DNA from: Candidatus Multivoradales bacterium | GTDB lineage: Bacteria; Acidobacteriota; Thermoanaerobaculia; Multivoradales; JAHEKO01 | Reading direction: 5' to 3' | Assembly: GCA_965248055.1 (NCBI GenBank) | Contig: CBDFIJ010000004.1 | Location: 2,400,001 to 2,464,000 of the forward strand | DNA: 64,000 nucleotides | Part shown: positions 9,989 to 18,576 of the stretch, piece by piece | Numbering within the stretch: the stretch's first letter is position 1 | How the letters are laid out: the number at the start of each line of letters is the position of its first letter | Program-made: the position numbers and the translations under genes | The notes under the pieces: model-generated | Databases searched by the model: none | Seen by the model: the letters and a program-made list of their open reading frames with translations, nothing else | Told to the model about the DNA's origin: nothing

Positions 9989-10774
9989 ATGAGCTATCAG
10001 CTAAAGATTCATTTTTGCGGGATGATTGTGTTTGATGTCAGTGAGAGACGCGCCTTTCTAGTCCGCCACGGCCTTCACTATCCTCGATTGACTACGGAGA
10101 AGCTGGGTTCACCTGAGAAGTTGCTCATGGACAAAGATACGAAGAGGCATAGCCACCCTCTCTATCGACTCCAGCCTGATTACCCAGGCGGATGGGATTT
10201 GGAACAGTACCAATCTCTCGAAGTTGTTGCACAAGGTGGTGATTTGACTTCTCCGGGCGCAGACCACTTGGGAGCAGTTGTGAACCTGCGAACATTGTTT
10301 CCGCGTATGGGCCAGGTGAACGGGAAACGATGCATAACGCTTTTCCTGGATGAGTGTCAGTTGGTGCAAGGAGCCTCCGAACCTGGGGTTTGGTGTTTCT
10401 ATGTCGACAAGAAGGAAGTGCATCAGATGGAATATGTGTCACAAGCTGTGACAGCGATATATGACATCCCTGATAATGCGGTAGTTGAACTACAAGGTGT
10501 CTTTAGTAACAACTCGAGAAAAACCCTAGGAAGGTGGAGTCAAGCCTCTGAAGCTTGGATTAGTAATTGGGATAAAAGATTCTATGGGATCAACCAGAAA
10601 AATGACGCCCCGGACCTAGTCACGCATTTTGGCGCGTTTGCCTACAAACCAAAGTCGGTCAAGGTTCTGCATGAGAATACCAAGAAGAAAATCAAGGCGA
10701 AAAAGGCTGGGAGGCCTAGTCAAGTCGCGGCGGGCGCGAGGTTGTGTCCACCTTCACAAACGGGTGGTGGCTAG
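9989..10774 (+). CDS. Hypothetical protein, co-oriented directly after CHAT
   Basis: 261-aa ORF with AAGGAG RBS, 17 nt after the CHAT stop; beta-rich, basic tail ending LCPPSQTGGG. Confidence 0.75.
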   Translation: MSYQLKIHFCGMIVFDVSERRAFLVRHGLHYPRLTTEKLGSPEKLLMDKDTKRHSHPLYRLQPDYPGGWDLEQYQSLEVVAQGGDLTSPGADHLGAVVNLRTLFPRMGQVNGKRCITLFLDECQLVQGASEPGVWCFYVDKKEVHQMEYVSQAVTAIYDIPDNAVVELQGVFSNNSRKTLGRWSQASEAWISNWDKRFYGINQKNDAPDLVTHFGAFAYKPKSVKVLHENTKKKIKAKKAGRPSQVAAGARLCPPSQTGGG

Positions 10775-11676
10775 AGAATCGGTCGGAGAACGGAACGGAG
10801 CCGATTCGAGCCTAGGGAGTTATTGAATGGATCGTTTCTGCAAGATCCAATTCCGGAATGTATCCCGCAGATTTGGAGATTCGCCAGCTGTGACCAAGAC
10901 CTAGCCCAAGAAAGGAATCCGTCGGTGCTTGTGATGGCAATAGATGAAAATCGGTAGCAGCTTTGGCCTGCGTTTACACCGGCGATTTTACGTTCCTGGT
11001 CACAGTCTAGAAAATAGGCGGCGCCTCCGCTGTCACCGTCGCAGAGGGTCGCACCACTATCTGTAACCGCAAAATAGCTTGGAGGCTTTGGTATTTCCAT
11101 GATGCGGGCCTCTCCGAGTCTGAGGTCACCGAAGTCCGTTACCATTCCGTGATTCTCTCTTCCGCAGCCAAATCCCAGCAGTCCGAGATTGACTCCGATC
11201 GCAACTTTCTTGGAGTCTGTTTCGATTGTTTCATAAGTTATGAACTCAACACTCTCATCGAGTTGACACAGCGCGAAGTCAGGTGAGACCTTCGCATACC
11301 AGTCCTCGTCCGCCTCATCTACGTCCTCTTGATAGTCGGGATGATGATCGCAGGTTGCATCTATTTTGTTTCCACAAACTTCCAGGGTCCCCTGCGAAGA
11401 GTCTGCGACGCAGTGAGCGGCCGTTAGAACAGCTCTGGGACCGACGAGGGTTGCTGTACAGTCCTCATTCCCATCAAGTCTGAGAGTGGCGCTCCATTTG
11501 TTGACCGAGACTTCGTCCCCTCCGATAACTGTTGAGTTAGTCAGCTTCTTGCTGGTCATATTCTGACAATAAGCTGTACTTTCCGCGATCATCTTGAACG
11601 GTGCTTCAGTAGAGGCGACTTGACCTCCAGAGAGAAACAAGAAAAGGGTAGAAGTGATAAGCGATCGTCTCATCAT
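10771..11676 (-). CDS. Secreted S1 (chymotrypsin/trypsin-like) serine protease
   Basis: Signal peptide; VIGG activation site; CTATLVGPRAVLTAAHC, PDFAL and CDGDSGG catalytic triad. Confidence 0.9.
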   Translation of the reverse strand: MMRRSLITSTLFLFLSGGQVASTEAPFKMIAESTAYCQNMTSKKLTNSTVIGGDEVSVNKWSATLRLDGNEDCTATLVGPRAVLTAAHCVADSSQGTLEVCGNKIDATCDHHPDYQEDVDEADEDWYAKVSPDFALCQLDESVEFITYETIETDSKKVAIGVNLGLLGFGCGRENHGMVTDFGDLRLGEARIMEIPKPPSYFAVTDSGATLCDGDSGGAAYFLDCDQERKIAGVNAGQSCYRFSSIAITSTDGFLSWARSWSQLANLQICGIHSGIGSCRNDPFNNSLGSNRLRSVLRPIL

Positions 11677-11711
11677 AGCTGGTTTCCGATTAGGGTTGTC
11701 GCAACCTCGAC

Positions 11712-13253
11712 CTAGTTGGAATCGCTCTTCTTTAGCGAATAACTGAGTCCAACCTTTGCCCCAAACCGCTGATCCACGTCACCCAAGAACTCGGGTTTGG
11801 TTGCATAGTCAAGCGAGATGGGAAGTGTTACTCCCCCTTTGAGGGGTACGGTATAGGTTAATTCCCCGACCCAGCGTTTTTGCCTTGAAGGGTCATCGTC
11901 TACCCAAACATATTCGGCGGTGAGGTCGATTCTGGGGTGTACTTGTTCTCCACCGACATCGATTGTTTGAGCTGTCAGTGCTCGGCCCCAAGTGAGCTTT
12001 CCGCACCATTCGTCCGCGGACTCAGCAGTCAAAGTAGCCACTTTTGGAAACGAGTTTTCGGCTCCGGTTGCTGGATCGACGGTAACTTGATCGTATGAGT
12101 AGGAAATGTCCCTAGCGGACCGTTGTACGTAGGTGAGCGAGACGGCGAACCGGTTGTCTTTTTCCTTATTGTTAATACTAATGTCTTTGAAGGCTTCGAG
12201 TAAACCAATGCTCTTTTTCTTGGATTTCTTGAGTACCGAGTTAATGTTTTGTAATCCCCACTCGTATTTGGCAGAAGCTGACCACTCATCTGATCCGACT
12301 AAATCGTCACGCCACCGCCAGGCAGACTCCAAGACGAACTGAGGCTGGCTGTCGACTAGTTCGGGAAGTTTGTTGAGAGTGCCAGACGCTAAAGCACGCG
12401 CCTGCATGTCCGGTGCAATATCGATGGCCAATTGGGCAATTGAAGTTGACACCTGGGTTTTCACTTCTTCTCTCGACCAGGTCCCGTTGCCGCATGTCTT
12501 GTGGAGATCGATAACAGTCTGCGAATATAGTTGACTGTATTCACAGTTCTCTAATAGTGGTATTCGATAATCGATCCCTTCCAGCAACGCTTGATCAGTG
12601 TTGCTTGCTTGCAGATAAAGTTCTGCAATAACTTCTGTGTACAGTGTTGGGTTACGCCCGATGCCAAGTTGTATTCTTGTGGGCGTTTTATTGACGAGGG
12701 CTTTACGATTGATGCCGTACGAAAACGAAATCGCAATGTCATCTGTATCGCCAAGCTCGTCCAACAGACTATCGGATTGCCGTTCCTGTTCTGAATCAAC
12801 AATTGTTCTTACAAGCTTGCTATCCAAAACTGGTTCTCGAAGAATTGTGCTGATTTTGAAGTCAGATCGAAGACCAAAGAGCTTATTTAGATCAATTGTA
12901 ACGGTTTGGTCCTCTTTGTTTGGAGAGATCGCATCTACCGACAGCCCCAGGAGAGAGGTGAAATTGGTTAGCGAGGAACCAACTCGGGAACCAAATCCAC
13001 CGTCAGTTCCGACGGTTGCAGGTTTGGCTTTCTGAAGGCTCCTTGTCTTGTCTGCAGAGTGTCTTGAAAGGAGTCTATCCAGATAGTTACGTAGAGATTC
13101 TTCTTCTCGAATAGGCAGGCGGTCTGTGAGTTGCTGCGCGTTATTAGAATCGATGCATCGATTGACAACCTGAGTTTCGCACTGGCAGCACTCGGACGCT
13201 TCTCCGAGACCGGCAACCAGAAGTAAGGACAGAGATACCAGGGAAGTCTTCAT
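11712..13253 (-). CDS. Hypothetical exported protein, possible outer-membrane beta-strand C-terminus
   Basis: Signal peptide, Cys-rich start (ECCQC), alternating beta-strand patterns near the C-terminus (FGAKVGLSYSL); AAGGAG RBS. Confidence 0.65.
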   Translation of the reverse strand: MKTSLVSLSLLLVAGLGEASECCQCETQVVNRCIDSNNAQQLTDRLPIREEESLRNYLDRLLSRHSADKTRSLQKAKPATVGTDGGFGSRVGSSLTNFTSLLGLSVDAISPNKEDQTVTIDLNKLFGLRSDFKISTILREPVLDSKLVRTIVDSEQERQSDSLLDELGDTDDIAISFSYGINRKALVNKTPTRIQLGIGRNPTLYTEVIAELYLQASNTDQALLEGIDYRIPLLENCEYSQLYSQTVIDLHKTCGNGTWSREEVKTQVSTSIAQLAIDIAPDMQARALASGTLNKLPELVDSQPQFVLESAWRWRDDLVGSDEWSASAKYEWGLQNINSVLKKSKKKSIGLLEAFKDISINNKEKDNRFAVSLTYVQRSARDISYSYDQVTVDPATGAENSFPKVATLTAESADEWCGKLTWGRALTAQTIDVGGEQVHPRIDLTAEYVWVDDDPSRQKRWVGELTYTVPLKGGVTLPISLDYATKPEFLGDVDQRFGAKVGLSYSLKKSDSN

Positions 13254-13645
13254 CGTATAACGCTCCTTTTGGTTTTTTGGACGGCGGACAGCTTGAATCG
13301 CGCGGCGCGCGGTTCATCGTCAGCGGTGTAGGAGTACGGACCGTAGTTCTCACCATCGATGAGTACTGTCATGTCCGCGGTATCACCTTTCTTGAGGACC
13401 TCGACAACAATGGCGCACCGTTCGGATGTATGAACGGACCAGGGGCCATTTGACGGTGTCCAAGACGATCCTGGGCTCAGGCCCGCTACGCAACCTGAAT
13501 CGACCGGCGTAGGTTTTTGCCCCTTTTTCCACTTGTACACGGTGATACAAGAGGCAAAGATGGGTCTTGTTTTGGCTTCGATTTTGACGTTGATGGTTGC
13601 GGGAGCATGTACCCTCCGCCAACTGTCCAGTATTTGCTTTGCCAC
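13250..13645 (-). CDS. Hypothetical small beta-rich protein
   Basis: GTG 13645 has AAGGAG at normal spacing (ORF track starts at 13654); ATGA overlap with the next gene. Confidence 0.6.
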   Translation of the reverse strand: MAKQILDSWRRVHAPATINVKIEAKTRPIFASCITVYKWKKGQKPTPVDSGCVAGLSPGSSWTPSNGPWSVHTSERCAIVVEVLKKGDTADMTVLIDGENYGPYSYTADDEPRAARFKLSAVQKTKRSVIR

Positions 13646-13825
13646 TATTGTCACTCCTTTTGATGAGCGCTAGTCCTTGATCTAGCGCGACCGTTGATTT
13701 GATTTCACAGAAAATGTAGACGGACGCAATGCTGCGTTTTTCCTGTCCGATCTCTTCTCCAGCTCTTTGGACAGCAGGAAGCGAAGCCCTTGCACCCGAC
13801 CCTCCCATCGGCCAGACTCAGGCCG

Positions 13826-16045
13826 ATGTCATCCAGCACCAAATTTCCCTGGGAAACGGAGTTAAATCCGGAGCAGTATCAAGCTGTGACCCATGGAGAG
13901 GGGCCGCAGTTGGTGATCGCTGGAGCGGGGTCGGGGAAGACTCGGGTGATCACTTACCGGGTGGCGTGGTTGATCCACGAGCGGGGTATCGATCCGCGTT
14001 CTGTGTTGTCGGTGACGTTTACCAACAAGGCTGCGGGGGAGATGAGGGAGCGGATCGAGCAGTTGCTCGGAGTGTCGCGGCTGACTTCGTTTGTCGGCAC
14101 GTTTCATCGCTTGTCGTTGGATCTGCTGCGCAAGTACGGGGAGCGAATTGGAGTGCCAGCGTCTTTCGCCATCTTCGACAGTGATGATCAGAAGCGGCTG
14201 GTCAAGCAGGCTCTCAAGGACGAGAAGCTGGATCCGACTCGGTTTCCGCCGCGCCCAATGTTGTCGGCGATCAGTGCGGCCAAGAATCAGATGTTGACGG
14301 CGGAGGCGTTTGCCAGTCAGGCAGACGGTTTCTTTCAGGAGCGGGTGGCTAGGGTGTACCGGCGTTACCAGAAGCTGCTGGAGGACGCTGGCGGGGTGGA
14401 TTTTGACGACATGTTGGTGAAGGCGGTGCGTCTAGTCTCGACCCAGGAGGACCTCAAAGCGATGTTGCGCGAGCGGGTGCAGTATCTGATGGTCGACGAG
14501 TTTCAAGACACCAACAAGGTGCAGCTGCGCTTGGTGCATGAACTGGTGGGTGACGGCGGCAATTTGACCGCGGTGGGTGACGAAGACCAGGGGATCTATC
14601 GTTGGCGGGGTGCCGATCTCGAGAATATTTTGGACTTTGAGCGCTATTTCCCCGGCGCCACGGTACACAAGCTGGAGCGCAACTATCGATCGACCGCCAA
14701 TATCCTGGCTGCAGCGGGAGAGGTGGTTTCCCAAAATCGTCTACGGCGTGGCAAGAACCTGTGGACCGAGGACGATCCAGGCGAGTTGCTAGAGCTGTTC
14801 CGAGCCGGAGATGAGCAAGACGAAGCCCGCTGGGTGGTCAACACTCTTGAGCAGTTACAGAAGGACATGCTGCTTAAAGACATGGCGATTTTGGTGCGCA
14901 CCAATGCCCAGACCCGTGCTTTGGAGGAGCGCCTAATCCGCGCCAAGATTCCCTACTCACTGGTGGCGGGGGTACGTTTCTACGAACGGGCCGAGGTCAA
15001 AGACGCGGTGGCCTACCTGAGAGTGCTGCGCAACCCAGACGACGACCTCTCTTTGTCACGGATTCTCAATACCCCAGCTCGTGGAATTGGCAAGACCACC
15101 CACGAGGCGCTGAAAGAGGCCGCCCAGGAGGCTGGGACCAGCCAGTGGGGGATGCTCACCGGGGAAATGCCGCGCGGGATCGCCCAGCGTAGTCTCAAGG
15201 CGTTGGAGAAGTTTCGCGACTTGATCGTGGACTTGCAGTCGGTGATCGATGAACCTCCGGCCGAACTCATCAACCGGGTCTTGGAGCAGTCTGGATACGC
15301 CGAGTTTTTGCGCGGCAAGGGCGCAGAGGCGGAGAGTCGGTTGGAGAACTTGCAAGAATTTGCCTCGGCAGCTTCGCAGTTTGAAGAGGATCATCCAGAG
15401 ATGGAGGATCTACTGGGGGCGTTTCTTGATCACGCTGCGCTGGTTTCAGACATTGACGGCTGGCATCCGGAAAAGGGTGTCTCATTGATGACCCTGCACG
15501 GGGCCAAGGGATTGGAATTCAAGGCGGTGTTCTTGTCCGGGTTGGAGGATGGCATCCTGCCGCATTTCAACGCCGGAGAAGTGCCGGAAAATATTGAAGA
15601 AGAGCGGCGTCTGTTCTACGTCGGCATGACCCGTGCCCGCGAACGGCTGTTTTTGTCCTGCTGCCGGCGTCGCCGGGTGGCTGGCCGCTATCAAGATCAA
15701 CGACCGTCGCCGTTTTTGGATGAGGTCCCGGAGAAGTACTTAAAGATCCACCGCAGCCCGGAGTTGTTCGGCGCTCGATCCCAATCGGCGAGATCATTTT
15801 TTCGAGCGGTGCCTTCGGCGGCTAGGCAGAAGAGCTCAGGTCCCAGAGCGTCGAGTTCGTTGGGTCCCGCGGCAAAGGGTCGAAGTGCGCAAGGCAAAGG
15901 CCGTAAAGTAAGGCACGCCAGCTTGGGAGAAGGGATCGTTCTCGATGTGGAGGGCAGTGGCGACAGCTCCAAATTGACGATTTACTTTCAGCACGCTGGG
16001 CGCAAGAAACTGATCGCCAAATACGCAGAATTAGAGTGGATGTAG
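13826..16045 (+). CDS. uvrD: ATP-dependent DNA helicase UvrD/PcrA
   Basis: AGAGSGKT, TFTNKAA, VDEFQDTN, VGDEDQGIYRWRGA, LERNYRST, MTLHGAKGLEF, EERRLFYVGMTRA; Tudor-like C-terminus. Confidence 0.96.
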   Translation: MSSSTKFPWETELNPEQYQAVTHGEGPQLVIAGAGSGKTRVITYRVAWLIHERGIDPRSVLSVTFTNKAAGEMRERIEQLLGVSRLTSFVGTFHRLSLDLLRKYGERIGVPASFAIFDSDDQKRLVKQALKDEKLDPTRFPPRPMLSAISAAKNQMLTAEAFASQADGFFQERVARVYRRYQKLLEDAGGVDFDDMLVKAVRLVSTQEDLKAMLRERVQYLMVDEFQDTNKVQLRLVHELVGDGGNLTAVGDEDQGIYRWRGADLENILDFERYFPGATVHKLERNYRSTANILAAAGEVVSQNRLRRGKNLWTEDDPGELLELFRAGDEQDEARWVVNTLEQLQKDMLLKDMAILVRTNAQTRALEERLIRAKIPYSLVAGVRFYERAEVKDAVAYLRVLRNPDDDLSLSRILNTPARGIGKTTHEALKEAAQEAGTSQWGMLTGEMPRGIAQRSLKALEKFRDLIVDLQSVIDEPPAELINRVLEQSGYAEFLRGKGAEAESRLENLQEFASAASQFEEDHPEMEDLLGAFLDHAALVSDIDGWHPEKGVSLMTLHGAKGLEFKAVFLSGLEDGILPHFNAGEVPENIEEERRLFYVGMTRARERLFLSCCRRRRVAGRYQDQRPSPFLDEVPEKYLKIHRSPELFGARSQSARSFFRAVPSAARQKSSGPRASSSLGPAAKGRSAQGKGRKVRHASLGEGIVLDVEGSGDSSKLTIYFQHAGRKKLIAKYAELEWM

Positions 16046-16062
16046 ACGGAGTAACGAATCAG

Positions 16063-17427
16063 ATGAACGACTCAATCAACCAACCCCAGAAACAGCTCGC
16101 CCCGCAACCGATCGCCCGGGTAATCAATTTAATCCCTGATGATCAGCAGCGGTTGATCGGAAGCACCGTTGAACAAGCTAAGCAGGCGATGGTCGAAGGT
16201 GGCCAGCAACTGACCCAGCTCCGTGGCTCTTATGCCCTGTTGGCCCGAGAGGGAGAGCGGGTGTTGATGGCTCGCAGCCTCGATCGACCGATGCGTTATT
16301 TTCTAGCTAAGGAAAAGAGTGGTCCGATGCTGATCGTAGCGGATCGGATCGACGCGATTCGTGACCGATTGGCGGCTGAAGGCTATGCCGACCAATTCGA
16401 GGCCAACTACACGCGCATGGTGCCGGCTCACCATTTGACCCGGTTGCGACTGATTGGTTGCCCGGACCCGAACCCGGAGCATCTGCGCTTTGTCCAACCG
16501 CAAGAAGCTGGTGCAACCGATGTTGAGTCGCTGGGCAAACGCTACGTTGGGGCGATGCTCGATGAGGTCTCGGCGTGGCTGGAAACTCTCAGTGATCGAG
16601 AACCGATCGGAGTGTTGTTTTCCGGTGGCATCGACAGCGGAGCGGTTTTACTAGCGATCTACCGAACTATTTTGAATCGTGGTGAAGCCCCTCAGCGTCT
16701 CAAGGCGTTTACCCTGAGCGTGGCGGGCGGCAGCGACTTGGGCCAAGCGTGCGAGTTTCTCGATCGACTCGAGTTGTCCTATCTGCACGAGGTGGTGGTG
16801 GTGGAGCCCTCGGAGGTCGATCCGTTGCGAGCGGTAGAGGTCACCGAGGACTACAAGCCGCTGGATGTTGAGTGTGCCGCGGTCAACCTGGCCTTGGTGG
16901 CAGCGATTCGGCGACGCTACCCAGAATGGAAATGGTTGGTGGACGGCGACGGTGGCGATGAGAATCTCAAGGACTATCCGATCGAGGAAAACACCGAACT
17001 GACGATTCGCAGTGTGGTCAACAATCCGTTGCTCTATCAAGAGGGGTGGGGGGTCGACGCAATCAAGCACTCGTTGGTGCATTCCGGCGGCTACAGTCGG
17101 GGCTGCGTGCGCACCTATGCGCCCCTGGCGACCTATGGTTTCCAAGGATTCAGTCCTTACACCGCAGCGTCGGTGGTGGAGGCCTCGACCGCGATTCCCT
17201 TTCGTGATCTGGCCCAGGGGTCACATGAGCGGTTGTACGCGCTCAAGGGTGAGATTGTCGCCGCCGGGGTTAGGTCCCTGCTGGGGTTTGAGATGCCGGT
17301 GTTTGGTAAGCGTCGATTTCAGGACGGCGCGGTGGGGGCTCCGTTGTTTGCCAAAGATCGCGGCCAGGCGGAAACTGACTATCGCCGACACTACCGCCGA
17401 CATTTCAGGCGCAGCTTCGCCGCCTAA
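16063..17427 (+). CDS. Asparagine-synthetase-like ATP-dependent amide ligase lacking an intact glutaminase domain
   Basis: PP-loop LFSGGIDS and DGDGGDE; N-terminal domain short with no Cys at position 1-2 (start at 16036 or 16063). Confidence 0.8.
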   Translation: MNDSINQPQKQLAPQPIARVINLIPDDQQRLIGSTVEQAKQAMVEGGQQLTQLRGSYALLAREGERVLMARSLDRPMRYFLAKEKSGPMLIVADRIDAIRDRLAAEGYADQFEANYTRMVPAHHLTRLRLIGCPDPNPEHLRFVQPQEAGATDVESLGKRYVGAMLDEVSAWLETLSDREPIGVLFSGGIDSGAVLLAIYRTILNRGEAPQRLKAFTLSVAGGSDLGQACEFLDRLELSYLHEVVVVEPSEVDPLRAVEVTEDYKPLDVECAAVNLALVAAIRRRYPEWKWLVDGDGGDENLKDYPIEENTELTIRSVVNNPLLYQEGWGVDAIKHSLVHSGGYSRGCVRTYAPLATYGFQGFSPYTAASVVEASTAIPFRDLAQGSHERLYALKGEIVAAGVRSLLGFEMPVFGKRRFQDGAVGAPLFAKDRGQAETDYRRHYRRHFRRSFAA

Positions 17428-17446
17428 CAACCGGTTCGATCATTCG

Positions 17447-18478
17447 TTGAGCGAGCCTGTTTCTTCTCTTTGGACCGCGGCTTCAATTCGCAGGGTTCGA
17501 CCGGCCAAGAATCCTGTCGATCCGTGGCAGATCGTCGATCTGACCATCGAGCCAGAGCGACGACTGGATGAAGCGATAGTAACTACGGCCACGTTGTTTC
17601 TCGGTGGAGCGGAGTGCCCGTTCACCTGCGTCTTCTGCGATCTGTGGAAATTTACTCTGGACCATCCGAGTTCAGAAGGGGCGATCCACCGACAGGTCGA
17701 GGAAGGATTGCGCCGCTTGGCAACCCGCCAGGAGATTGATCAGCCGCACAGCCAGGAGGCGATTGCCAATTTCAAGCTCTACAACGCCAGCAACTTCTTT
17801 GTCGATCAGGCGGTTTCGATTCAAGATCGAGAGATGATCGCGGCAACTCTGAAAGAAGCTCCACAGGTCACGGTGGAGTGCCATCCTCGGCTGATCGATG
17901 ATTCAGTCTTCGACTTTCAGAGTCAGTTGTCGGGTCAACTCGAAGTGGCGATGGGTTTGGAGACGGTGGCACCGCAGGCATTGCCGAAATTGGGCAAAGA
18001 GATGACGCTGGACGACTTCGATCGCGCCAGCGAAAAGTTGCTGGAGCACCGCGTAGATGTCAGGGCCTTTGCCTTAGTTGGGGTGCCGTATCTTGCCCCG
18101 GTTAAGGTGTCGCATGCGGAGAAACAAGAAATCGAACTGCAGTGGATCGAACGAACCGTGGATCACGCGGTGTCAGTTGGCGTCAGTCGTATCAGTTTGA
18201 TTCCGGTTCGCTCGAGCAACGGAGTGATGGAGCAGTTGCAAGAAACCGGAGAGTGGCTGCCGCCTACCTTGGGCTTGCTAGAGGCGGCGCTGGAACGCAA
18301 CCTCGATCGGGGTGAGATTGTGGTCACTGCTGATCTCTGGGACCTGCGTCAATTTTCCAACTGTGGCCACTGCTATGACGCTCGGCGGGAGCGGCTGGCA
18401 TCGATGAACTTGTCGGGTTGCGTCGAACCCGCGATCGAATGCGCGTTTTGTCGTCGAGATGGTGTGACCAATACCTAA
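17447..18478 (+). CDS. Radical SAM protein resembling archaeal RaSEA/TIGR01210
   Basis: CPFTCVFC (CxxxCxxC), KLYNASNFF, VECHPR, EVAMGLET, NCGHC and C-terminal CAFC. In-frame TTG 17447 follows the upstream stop. Confidence 0.82.
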   Translation: MSEPVSSLWTAASIRRVRPAKNPVDPWQIVDLTIEPERRLDEAIVTTATLFLGGAECPFTCVFCDLWKFTLDHPSSEGAIHRQVEEGLRRLATRQEIDQPHSQEAIANFKLYNASNFFVDQAVSIQDREMIAATLKEAPQVTVECHPRLIDDSVFDFQSQLSGQLEVAMGLETVAPQALPKLGKEMTLDDFDRASEKLLEHRVDVRAFALVGVPYLAPVKVSHAEKQEIELQWIERTVDHAVSVGVSRISLIPVRSSNGVMEQLQETGEWLPPTLGLLEAALERNLDRGEIVVTADLWDLRQFSNCGHCYDARRERLASMNLSGCVEPAIECAFCRRDGVTNT

Positions 18479-18576
18479 ACAACCAGTGCCCAAAACGACC
18501 AGTGCTTGAACCAGCAGTACCTGAGAGAGCTAATGCCTGAGAGAACAGTGCCTGAGCGAACGGCGCCTCAGCGAAC
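18468..18576 (+). repeat. Degenerate tandem repeat, about 7 units of 15-16 bp
   Basis: ccaatacctaaacaa / ccagtgcccaaaacga / ccagtgcttgaacca / gcagtacctgagaga / gctaatgcctgagaga / acagtgcctgagcga / acggcgcctcagcga; the last three encode MPERT-VPERT-APQRT. Confidence 0.65.

Noticed and set aside
17012-17446. 145-aa N-terminal extension of the radical SAM ORF
   Set aside because: Lies inside the AsnB-like gene in another frame and reads like off-frame GC-rich sequence.
18468-18576. Possible CRISPR array or RiPP precursor
   Set aside because: Units are 15-16 bp with no spacers and no cas genes; no separate small ORF with an RBS.
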